Source of the DNA: Owenia fusiformis
Lineage: Eukaryota
Length of the DNA: 64,000 nt
Reading direction: 5' to 3'
Assembly (NCBI GenBank): GCA_903813345.2
Contig: CAIIXF020000001.1
Coordinates: 19,468,001-19,532,000, forward strand
In this document: positions 14,549-27,327 of the stretch, in pieces
How positions within the stretch are numbered: position 1 is the stretch's first letter
Layout: each line of letters starts with the position of its first letter
Notes under the pieces: generated by a model
Seen by the model: only the letters and a program-made list of their open reading frames with translations
Database searches by the model: none
Told to the model about the DNA's origin: nothing
Program-made: the position numbers and the translations under genes

Positions 14549-15021
14549 AAATGTAAAATGAAGTTTTGTGGTTCATAAAAATTATAACAAAAAGATTGTG
14601 TGATAATCAAACTACAACAACAACAACAACTACTACTTCTAATTCTATATGTAACTGATTTGGCAACATTGAACAAGAAAGGGTGACTAGAAAATGACAT
14701 AAGAAACAATTTGGATAACTTTTATTCAACACAACAATTACCTATGGGGTACATCTAAAACCTCAGATATTTAAAAATGACAAGATTGTCCAACACTGAA
14801 TACCTCCATTGGCAAGCGTAAAATGCCACCCAACAACATAAAACCAAAGGAGGTGAAAATCCATGGTTGTCATGCCTTTCTCAAACATAACATGATAAAG
14901 AAAGGAATGGAATGAATAAGTGCGAAATGTTTTGAAAAGAAAAGCATGAATGACCATGAAGGGTTTTATCCACTTACGAATCCCATAAATCCAAAATGAC
15001 AAAAACCCAATGATGCAAAAA

Positions 15022-15209
15022 TCACGATACGGAATTAACAGACGGAGTATCAAATTGATCCTGGAATGAGATGTAGGTGGGTGCGGTCCAACTTTCACGT
15101 GTGGGCGTGGTGTCATGCATTTGATTGACAGCTTCGACAAGTGGGCGGTCACATGCATAGGAGAGGTCCGCGAGCACATAGAATTGGGACTGAGGAGAGG
15201 AGTACTTAC
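15022..15209 (-). CDS. NKAIN: Possible alternative NKAIN C-terminus by read-through of the exon-5 donor
   Basis: Frame stays open (CKYSSPQSQFYVLADLSY...DTPSVNSVS-stop) in locally GC/CpG-richer sequence; minus-strand AATAAA at 14721-14726. Confidence 0.4.
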
Positions 15210-15270
15210 AAGAATCATCTTCTTCCGTAAATATATATATCACATAGCAGGACACTATAAATCCAATGAG
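15210..15270 (-). CDS. NKAIN: NKAIN coding exon 5 (LIGFIVSCYVIYIFTEEDDS + 1 nt)
   Basis: ttttcag acceptor, gtaagt donor, 61 bp, ends in phase 1; TEEDDS motif. Confidence 0.93.
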
Positions 15271-15296
15271 CTGAAAATATACAAAAATAAAATATA

Positions 15297-15761
15297 AAGT
15301 GAAACCTGTAATGTGGAACACCTCTGTTAGTGGAACACCTCTAGAAGTGGAACACTTTTCAGAGTACAAAGTGCACTGGAACACCTCTAGAAGTGGAACA
15401 CCTCTGTAAGTGCCACACTTTTTAGAGTCCCAATTACACTGGAACACCTCTAGAAGTGGAACACCTCTGCTAGTGGAACACTTTTCAGAGTCCCAAGACC
15501 AACTGACTGACTTAATGTCAAATGATCCTCTGTAAGTGGAACACCATTTAGAGGAACAAAAGGTGTTTCACTAGACAGGTTTACTGTACAGTAAAACCTG
15601 TCTAATCACAATGCAGCTGTAAGGACCGGACACAAGTGTTCAACATGACAGGTGTTCATTTTGATTTTTTAACAAGGAACAAGAAAAATGGGACTGAAAT
15701 AAAGTGTTCACATTGAAAGATGTTCAGATTAGAGAGGTGTTTGTATAAACAGGTTTTACTG
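15297..15761. mobile_element. Two abutting Tc1/mariner-type MITEs (15297-15586 and 15589-15761) sharing one TA
   Basis: CAGT-type termini; internal GTGGAACACCTCT repeats. Confidence 0.72.
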
Positions 15762-16253
15762 TAGGACATGTCTTATATTGATTTTACATTATGTTTTATC
15801 ATGAACAGGGGTCAAAGAATTTTTAAGTGTTTTTCTTTTGTTGGTTTTTACATGTTTATGATCAATGAACTAAATAAAGATTGATATTTGCACATTGTGG
15901 AAATTACATGTCAGAGAAGTCTTGATTATAATAAATCTATATAATGTACAGTCAATATAAAACAGTTTGTTTAGCACACTTAAAACCAATACAAATCACA
16001 GGGGATATTGCTTTTGGATTGCATGTAAGTGAAATAGATTATGAAGTTGAAGTTACATTACAAATATCAAACAGCTAAATTTCTGAGGAATATTTAACTA
16101 ATAAAATAATAATGTTACATGAAACATCAATTTACATTTGATTGATCAATGGATCAAATTTGAAGAATTTTCAGTGAATGTGTTGCATTTGCAGACAGAT
16201 GGACAGAAGGATGGACAGACAGCCTTCCAGTACATAATGTCCCATTCACTTAC

Positions 16254-16457
16254 CGTTAATAGACACTGTACGCCAGCATGAATAATCTCCACCCAGTAAT
16301 ACTGTAAAATACAACCCGACACGGCCCACTCTGGGGGGATCTGCCGGCTTGTGAATGATTCATGAACCTCTGGGGTTGTCTGGTTGACCTTACAACCAAT
16401 ACCATTATCCAACCACCACGATTTGTTCCCTGTACCCAGGTTTAGTATGGAACTGTC
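16254..16457 (-). CDS. NKAIN: NKAIN coding exon 4 (DSSILNLGTGNKSWWLDNGIGC...VSGCILQYYWVEIIHAGVQCLLT)
   Basis: tttcag acceptor, gtaagt donor, 204 bp; SWWxxNGxGC and GCxLxYxxxE motifs. Confidence 0.95.
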
Positions 16458-18169
16458 CTGAAATCAAAAAGTACACAGAATTAATCTATAATAACAGTAA
16501 TCAATTCTATACAAGGCATTTACATACAAAATGTCACCACATGACAAATAACGACCACCAAACACTGTCTTCAGAAAAGTTGGAGACTTGAACAATATGA
16601 TAATACTGTACTATTTCTTAGATTAAGCCCAAATCACCAAATTCATGATGACATTTACTTGAATTGAGTCATGCTACAATTATAATTCCCACAAAAATGA
16701 AGGCTTTCGTTAGATTACTAAACTGTACTAAATGTTATAATTTTCCAATTTTTCATCAGATCAGTTGAATATTATATCAATAAATCACAATTCAATTAAT
16801 TTAGTGAGTATTGCAGATCATGAATATATTGAGTGACATAAATCAGGAATTAAGATGATCCTTTTATATGACTCATAGAATAATAACACAGCCACACTCT
16901 AAAAAGATTTCTATGATTTTGATCTATTTTATAACTTATATTAATATTTGATGATTTGAAATTATTTTTTTTAGTTAGTTACAAAATATATACCAGCCAT
17001 GGTTTTTCAATTTATAACTACAGAATAAACTTCAATGAATATCTGTAGTTAACTGATACAAATAAGAGCTACATATACAATAAGTATACTTAAAAATCTT
17101 GCAACTTATATTGTTTTTGTTTTTTTATCAAAGATTAATGCATCCTGCATACTTTCCACCCAAGTCAAGTAGAACCAGAAATGCTGACTTACCACACTCA
17201 AATTTTTTATTCCATGAGTTCAAAATATCTAATCTATAAGGCCACAGAGTATACGATGGCTAGAAGAGGGGGCCACACCATGCTGAACTAAGTTATTTGT
17301 ATTGTCTAATCCTAGTGTTAGCACATGGTATGACGATTGGATCTTAGTTACTAAATCTTATCTGTTGTACTGCTTTGAAAGAGAACAACTAACAACTAAA
17401 GCCTACTATCTCCATATAGAAAGGTCATAGTGACTGTTTCCACATTTGTTAACCATTCCTAAATCACCATGTAATTATCTTCATTCAAATCCCTGAAAAT
17501 TGCATCTCTAATGAATCAGATCAGTGCTTGATTTGAATAAATTTCAAGTGAGGTAGATTACATTGTGTTTTATTCTATTTTCTGTGAGCTAAGTTAGCGT
17601 GACATTCTCGGTAAGTGGAGATAGACTAATAGATACTTCACCTTCAACTGTGTTTCTAAGGCTACTACTTACAAATATCCACCCTTAGTGCCAGAGCTTA
17701 ATAACTAGCCTCTGAATGTGAGAAATTAATAAACAGTTTTGTTGCAGATGAGATGTAAATGACTCAAAAAGTAGCTGCTTTAGTGGCTTTTAATTAGATT
17801 CTGATCGATTCAGGTAAGATCAAAGGATAATCTCAAACTTAAAGAATGTAGACGAAGCTCTCTTTTTGAAGACACAAAAACTATTGAAAAGGGTAACTCA
17901 TACCAGCAGTCAGTAGTTGAGCTGGGATGGAAACAATTACCATACCTGGCTATCTCATTTCACATTCAAACTCCCATAAAAAGCAATGAAAGCTACATTC
18001 GAGAAAGCTATAATGGGATTTGTAGTACTCTGAGGGTACTATGCTGGCAAGATGACATGGTTTTACTCAGATCAGATCAGACAAATTGTTTCTTATTTAG
18101 CCTGGAGACACAAAGTCAAACTCTAACAAAGAGTCCATTGTCTGGTACCTAAACAAACTGAGAGGAGTT

Positions 18170-18349
18170 CAGGCCCGTAGCCAGGATTTGCCAAAGGGGG
18201 TCCACCTTTTGAAAAATCCCAGGGGGGTTCACTTGTGACAATTTTGGTCCAAAAATGGTCAAAATCACTTAAAAAGTGCTCAGAATGGTGAAAAACTGCA
18301 TGATTTTGAGAGAAATTTTGGCCCAAATCCCCCCCTGGCTAGGGGCCTA
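18170..18349. mobile_element. hAT-like MITE with 6-bp TSD; related copies at ~24873-25015 and ~44868-45045
   Basis: CAGGCCCGTAGCCAGG / CCTGGCTAGGGGCCTA; GGAGTT duplicated. Confidence 0.68.
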
Positions 18350-19708
18350 GGAGTTTCCTATTTCAACAATAAGATAAGATATATACCTAAGAGGGTCATC
18401 TATAGCAGGGTTCTGACACATTGAATAGAGAATGATAGTGTTGTATTTTGGTAATATGAATATGTATTTTTCTCTGATTAATAAGGATTGTTAACAACAA
18501 TCGGCATGACGATGAAGGTCTTTTGAAAGAAGATGTATATTCGACCAAGAAACAACAAACACATTTGACTGATTGTGTTCTATTTTAGAAATATGAAATA
18601 ATGAACACACGATTTATGCCATTGCCAAAAGGATATTCTTAAAAGTGCATTTTCTCTGACTCATGAATATCATGAACAAGAATAAGGAAGAATGTGAAGC
18701 TCTCTTTTAAGAACCAAAATTAGATTGGAAAGTAACCCTTTAAAGCAAATATTTCTGGTACATATGCCTAGTACTGATAGGTATTCTGACATTTTTAGTA
18801 ACACTCATTAATTATCATATTTTCAATTTCTGTTATCTGCACTGCATTACCAGTTTGTTGCAATCAAAACCAGAAAACAGGAGTTATCATTAATCATATT
18901 TGATTTAATTTAGAAAATATTATTTTTATAAATGTTTCTTCCCTGTTGCATCTGTTGTACCAAACCATTGTTCACAGTAATACAGTAAATCCTTTAAATG
19001 TGAACATTTTTGGTTTAGCAAAAATGCTAGCTAATAATGGCAAATGCTACTATTTGAGTGGCAGCATATCCAGGAATATAAATTTTTCAATAATAACATA
19101 GTTAAAAACACCATTAAATGAACAAAACCTGGAACAATAATGTGAGCTACCCAGAATAAAAATAGTTTTCAAATCAAATCAAATCATGAGATTGGTATGG
19201 GATGAGTATGCATATTAGGGGTTATACTGTATGTATATCTTTCTTGAGTAAGAGCCAGAAAATGATCAGCTGGTTAAGTTAGATAACTTAAGGATCAATT
19301 AGCGATTTATTGCACAAACTAAGAATTACATGATTGAGATGTAATAATATTTATTATTCTAAACTTGAATTACATAAGTGATCTTACCTCTGTGTTTGTT
19401 TCGATTATAAACAAGCGCTGATATTGATAAAACATTTTTGATATTTATATGATCCAAGACTACAAGCATTATATGATATTGGGGGAATACATGTATATAT
19501 ATTTTGTGATGTCGGAGCTAAGACCTGATAAAATCATGAAAATATATGATCTTGCTATAATATATATGAACAGGTGAAAAAATTCTTACAGAAGCCACTT
19601 GAACTGTTAACCACGAACTTAAACCGAAAAAGTTCCTAAACCTAAAAAATACTGGAACACTTCAGATCATTTATTGAAGTACATTTTATATAGTCAAATG
19701 CCCCTTTA

Positions 19709-22618
19709 CTCTAGTAGCTCATGCTGGTTGAGTATGCACTTCTATGTCCAGAGATTTTCTCTTCAGAAATCATCTATGTGAAGGTCATTGATCAATTTTG
19801 GCTTGGTAACATATTTGCCACTGAAGGCGAAATAGGTCAAATGGCCACGCCCTTTTTTACGCAAATACTCCCCCCCCCATTTTTGCATCTCCGGAACCGT
19901 TGGACATAGAAGGTTGTGTGACCACTCAAAATGTCCGGAATGGCCACATTATAGGGGGTCAATAATACATTTGTATTTAAAAAAGTCAATGGTTCTCAAG
20001 ATATTTCCCAAAAACTGATTTTAGAATGAAAACTCCACTATTTTCTCCTTTGATCCTGTCCCTAGCTCTGATTTCGTTACTCGGCTGGGAAAAAAGGTTT
20101 GTTGGTATCATTTTATTCCAGACACTCTCTAGAATAAATTCATCTTGGGTGGAATAAAAATGTGTGGTAAACGAATTCGCTATGGGCAGTTAAAGAGGCG
20201 CCATCTATTCATTTTCAAACAGGGGGTAGGGGTATAAAATAATTTTTTAACACATTTTAATAGTAAAATGACATTGAAATACTAATAAAATCTTATCAAA
20301 AACATTATTTACAATCAGTATGAATTTTCTTGTGTGGATTAGGGTGAAAATAAGGGCATATCTTGAAATTCACTACAGGGGCGCCACCTATTTCTGTACG
20401 TGTACTAACTTATTTTAGATTCGTTAAGGTACGAAATGTACTGAAAAAATTCATTCTGAAGGACCTATACATGTTCATACCACATACTTAAAATTAGATC
20501 AATAGCTTATGTACCAGCGGAGAAAAAATTTAAGTCCAGAGATTTTCTCTTCAGAAATCATCTATGTGAAGGTCATTGATCAATTTTGGCTTGGTAACAT
20601 ATTTGCCACTGAAGGCGAAATAGGTCAAATGGCCACGCCCTTTTTTACGCGAATTCTCCCCCCCCCCATTTTTGCATCTCCGGAACCGTTGGACATAGAA
20701 GGTTGTGTGACCACCCAAAATGTCCGGAATGGCCACATTATAGGGGGTCAATAATACATATGTATTTAAAAAAGTCAATGGTTCTCAAGATATTTGCCAA
20801 AAACTGATTTTAGCATGTTACGCACAACAGTTTTCATCTATCCTGCATCATTTAAGACTGAATCCGCAGCTTCTATCTAGTCAGATCAGCGAAGGAAACA
20901 AACTTTTTTGGTTGTTGAGTTGAAAATTAAAATTTTTTAAATGTATAATCATATTCCTACATCTTATTAGTATAATATTATGACAAAGCAAGAGTACGTA
21001 CACCATTTTGAGTTTATTTGAGATACATATGCTCCATATTTTGGAAGTTATTAAGGTGACATATGGTCACCCCTGGGACGTCAGAAGCCAAAATGAGAAT
21101 TAATAATTTCTAAAATGTACAATCATTTTTCTACTTCTTATTACTAATATTATGACAAAGCAAGAGTACATACACCATTTTGACCACATTTGAGATACAT
21201 ATGCTCCATATTTTGGAAGTTATTAAGGTGACATATGGTCACCCCTGGGACGTCAGAAGCCAAAATGAGAATTAATATTTTTTTAAATGTACAATCATTT
21301 TCTTACTTCTTATTACTAATATTATGACAAAGCAAGAGTACATACACCATTTTGACCACATTTGAGATACATATGCTCCATATTTTGGAAGTTATTAAGG
21401 TGACATATGGTCACCCCTGGGACGTCAGAAGCCAAAATGAGAATTAATATTTTTTTAAATGTACAATCATTTTCTTACTTCTTATTACTAATATTATGAC
21501 AAAGCAAGAGTACATACACCATTTTGACCACATTTGAGAAACATATGCTCCATATTTTGGAAGTTATAAAGGTGAGATATGGTCACCCCTGGGACGTCAG
21601 AAGCCAAAATGAGAATTAATATTTCTAAAATGTACAATCATTTTTTCTACTTCTTATTAGTAATATTATGACAAAGCAACAGTACATACAACATTTTGAG
21701 CACATTTGAGATGCATATGCTCCATATTTTGGAAGTTAATAACGTGAGATATGGTCACCCCTATCCTGCATGATACCAAAATTTTAAATTTCAATAAATT
21801 TTTTCTCCGCTGGTACATAAGCTATTGATTTAATTTTAAGTATGTGGTATGAACATGTATAGGTCCTTCAGAATGAATTTTTTCAGTACATTTCGTACCT
21901 TAACGAATCTAAAATAAGTTAGTACACGTACAGAAATAGGTGGCGCCCCTGTAGTGAATTTCAAGATATGCCCTTATTTTCACCCTAATCCACACAAGAA
22001 AATTCATACTGATTGTAAATAATGTTTTTGATAAGATTTTATTAGTATTTCAATGTCATTTTACTATTAAAATGTGTTAAAAAATTATTTTATACCCCTA
22101 CCCCCTGTTTGAAAAGGAATAGATGGCGCCTCTTTAACTGCCCATAGCGAATTCGTTTACCACACATTTTTATTCCACCCAAGATGAATTTATTCTAGAG
22201 AGTGTCTGGAATAAAATGATACCAACAAACCTTTTTCCCAGCCGAGTAACGAAATCGGAGCTAGGGACAGGATCAAAGGAGAAAATAGTGGAGTTTTCAT
22301 TCTAAAATCAGTTTTTGGGAAATATCTTGAGAACCATTGACTTTTTTAAATACAAATGTATTATTGACCCCCTATAATGTGGCCATTCCGGACATTTTGA
22401 GTGGTCACACAACCTTCTATGTCCAACGGTTCTGGAGATGCAAAAATGGGGGGGGGGAGTATTTGCGTAAAAAAGGGCGTGGCCATTTGACCTATTTCGC
22501 CTTCAGTGGCAAATATGTTACCAAGCCAAAATTGATCAATGACCTTCACATAGATGATTTCTGAAGAGAAAATCTCTGGACATAGAAGTGCATACTCAAC
22601 CAGCATGAGCTACTAGAG
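19709..22618. mobile_element. Foldback non-autonomous DNA element with ~824-bp near-perfect inverted arms, flanked by TA
   Basis: Arms 19709-20532 and 21795-22618 are reverse complements; TA on both sides; internal direct copy of the arm start at 20534-20813. Confidence 0.9.
20930..21761. repeat. 172-bp tandem repeat (~5 units) inside the foldback element
   Basis: ATATGGTCACCCC at 21061, 21233, 21405, 21577 and ~21749. Confidence 0.92.
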
Positions 22619-22747
22619 TACTTACATTATCATAATTGTAGAATTGAACCTGTGGTCTTGTTTGTTTTGTTTTTATAAGGCCTAGTTTTAACTTCATATC
22701 TGTACAAAAATTGTATTTTATAGATATGTTGGCCATTGGTATGTATA

Positions 22748-23770
<1,023 letters not shown>

Positions 23771-24069
23771 TCAATAAATGATATCATTTATTTAGAAGAA
23801 AGAGATAATATTAAAAGTGTTCGTGAAGTCATAGAAAGGGACATTCATTATTTTTATATGTTTGCCAAAATAAAGTAGCTTAAACAGCACATTGTTTATG
23901 TAAATAATACATCATATTTTTTTCATTTTTGATGAGTCAATATTGTGTCCTCCCATAGATCCTATTTGTTTGGGTTTGTTGCCAAAAAAAGAATCTTATC
24001 TTAATGCAGAGGTTTTCCACTGATGCTTTCTGGAGTGAAATACCACTTTTTTAATTGTAACACAAGACA

Positions 24070-24428
24070 GGTTATTTACTGGGAGGGATCGAATATGGGT
24101 TTTATTCCGAGGGACAATATGATATTGGCCGAATATGATATTGTCCCAAGGTCAATATCATATTTTCCGAGGAATAAAACCCATATTCAATCTCGACCAG
24201 AAATAACCTACATGTAATTATTCCATAATACATTCCTCTAAAATGTTACATTTGGATAATGCTTTTATCAATTAGCCAATGTTAAAAATAACCGGGAAAC
24301 CAAAAATAGGTTAATATACGTTCCAATACCATTTTTTCCCGGGGACAATACGATTTTTCATGTAATACGATTCAAAACGATTTTTATTCCTTCATATTTT
24401 CCTGGGAAAACAGTAGTATTATGGAATA
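24070..24428. repeat. Long imperfect palindrome (24070-24208) followed by a 14-bp inverted pair; unclassified non-autonomous element
   Basis: GAATATGGGTTTTATTCC...GGAATAAAACCCATATTC; TTATTCCATAATAC (24218) / GTATTATGGAATAA (24415). Confidence 0.65.
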
Positions 24429-25224
24429 AAAGTATCATATTCCAATCTATACAGTACATCTTCTTTAAAATATTCATAAATGAATTATTTATATGTTTTT
24501 CAGTAAACAATAAGAGTGACTGATATCTATCACATCATGTCCAATTCCCCACTTATTCTACTGGGTTTTCATTTCAAACATCACTGACCACAATGCAATT
24601 TGACTTATGGAATACCATAAAAATAATGATTTCTGGCTACTGGAAAGAACCGATTCTAATCAACTGAAGTATTGGTTTATTATCCCAATTGAAATTCCGG
24701 ATATTAATATAACGGTTTAATTCAACCAATTTTGATTCCCTCAGATTGAATGCCAAGGAAAGTAAATATAATACTAAGTGATGGTGCTCAGTGGTCCAAA
24801 GAAATTTGCTAGTATAAAATGAATACTTTTCATTAAATATCATTCAAAATACAGGAAATCTCAATATACTGTCAGGCATGTAGCCAGATTTTGCCAAAGG
24901 GGAGGTTCACTTTTGAAACAATTCTGATCATTTTGGCCAAAAATTACTTGAAAAGCGCTCAGAATGATGAACACTGCATGCTTTTAAAAGAATCTTTGGC
25001 TGAGGGGGGGGGGGGCGTGATTCACTCTCACCCCCTGAACCATGTACTGATAGTACTATAAAAAATAGACAATCATGCATTATGCAATAGTTTTGCAGTG
25101 GAGTGTTTCTAAGTAACAAGATTAACTAGCCAGACAGGTCGAGTGGGAATATCTCATTTCTACACTGAAGAATAGGAGGAAGTACCCTTTACAAGACCTT
25201 CGCTTATATCTACTCAAACGTAGT

Positions 25225-26426
25225 CAGGGGCGTAGGAAGGTGTAAATACAACACTACGCCAAAAATCCCGCCAAAAAAATATGAAACAATTGTGTCAATA
25301 TTCTATATCAAAACGCCTATATTATGCTCGTAAAACGTCATTTTATGGTAACAGAGATTTCAAGCTTGCAATATTCACAACCTAAATGTGAACGGAAATA
25401 CTTAAGCGATGCATTTGTATGGGCGATTGGTCATACGTATAGGTTGGCGTTTCGATTTCATATGCAAGCTTAATTTAAATCCCCGATACCTTTTTAATGT
25501 GCTTTAAAATGTTCGAATGATTTTCATCATTTCCATCGTGTACCATGCAATACAATACGTACAGATTAAAGAAACTAGTTTGATCAATTGATATAAAGAA
25601 ACGCATTCGTGATCAATGAAACAAATAAATACACCCACCACAAAGGTCAAATCGAGGTCAACGTGACTTAGGGGATGCCAAAAAATGTTATAAAACCAGA
25701 ATCTATTATTTGTCAAATGAAAAAAAACTAGGTTATCGCTTTTCTAGAACTGAAATCAATGGAACGTGTAATTGAATAATCAGCATTTTCAAGTTGTTTT
25801 TGTCTTTAACATCCATATTTCAAAAAGTACTACCAATAACAATTAGTGATTTAGTAAGAAAATAGATAATTGTTGACTTAACTATAATTTCGTGTCTATG
25901 ATTTTGCATAGCAACGGAATATAAATCGATAGTGAAATTGAAAAATTGGGGTAGGGGAAAATAAAAAAAATATACATCTAAATTTAAATAGGTTCATCAT
26001 TATAATTATATGATACCATAGTTAGCATAAGCATTACGGAAAATGCAGAAAAAATGTCAAAGGTATCAAGTTCATAAAGTAGTTTTTGAAAAAAAACAGC
26101 TTTCCTCTCAAATTCGTGAAGAGAACGCGATTCACGAATATTTGGCGAAATTGTATTTATAAGACAGTCAATAGTGGCTCGATTTTCATAAAATAAAGCA
26201 TGTTGGTAAGGGAATTCAATCTGTTAAATGATATTTGCCAGACAGACCAATAATGATATGGTATCCACAAAACATTTCTTTAGGCTAGTGTGCTCGAGAT
26301 TACTTTTACAATTTAAACAATGAGAAAATATGACTAAAGAACATAGGAAAGTTAAAAAGTCTTTTTTATTCTCACTTTTCAATACTACGCACTGGGGTTT
26401 TGGCGTACATTGTTCCTACGCCACTG
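25225..26426. mobile_element. Non-autonomous DNA transposon with hAT-like termini and a 5-bp TSD
   Basis: TIR CAGGGGCGTAGGAA / TTCCTACGCCACTG; GTAGT duplicated on both sides. Confidence 0.7.
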
Positions 26427-26828
26427 GTAGTATATGGTCGAAAAAGTTTTCAATAGTCAATGGATGGTGATAATACTAATACCATACGATAACTTCATTT
26501 CAGCGGGCAACATAATGAAAAAATATTAAATGAGATTATTGGTATATTCCTTTTACAATTGATCAATAGAATTAGGTCATATCAATGATTAAATCTGTAA
26601 AAGTGTCCATTATAGGCAGAGGGTGGTGCAGCTTGCTGATATGAATCCAGGGTAAGGAGGAAAACATTGCAACAGTTAATTCAGATAACATATCACAGAA
26701 TTGAACAGACCTCGGAAACGGATTCTAAAATATCATATAATCAAGATATTATGAAGATATGATTGATTATAATAAGGCTAGTGCAAAGGCCCAATGACTG
26801 GGAAATCAGAAAATATAAATACTGTAAG

Positions 26829-27327
26829 CACTGTTCCAAAACTAGTTACTTTGACGAAACGTCAATGTAACAAAATGGATGAACTTCCTGCATATGAGTT
26901 TTTTGTTTTCTTGATTTAAACTTACGAAAAAATTGATGTTGCAGATTATCATTTGGCACAAAGTTAGACAATATAGTCTTGCTTTTAGAAATGCTCTTGG
27001 TTTGGAATTTGATTTTTAAATAAAGCTGTTATTCATGCATTTAGATCATCGCTTTTGTTACATTGACATAAGTCATCAAAGTAACATGCATTGCTAATAT
27101 TACGGACTTTCATCAATGTAACAAAAGTGAGGGGCTAAATATATGAATAGCAACTTTATTTACAAAACAAATTCCAAATCAAGAAACTTATTAAAACTAG
27201 ACTATACTTTCTAGCTTAGTGCCAAATTATAATCTGCAACTTGACCTATAAGTAGGTTTAAATCGAAGGCAGTTCATCCATTTTGTTACATTGACGTTCC
27301 GTCAAAGTAACTACTTGTGGAACAGTG
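26829..27327. mobile_element. Transib-like MITE
   Basis: CACTGTTCC...GGAACAGTG termini, ~55-bp TIR, 5-bp TSD GTAAG. Confidence 0.78.

Noticed and set aside
19721-22606. Repeated 62-81 aa ORFs
   Set aside because: Incidental ORFs in the foldback arms, disrupted by variable C-runs; no recognisable domain.
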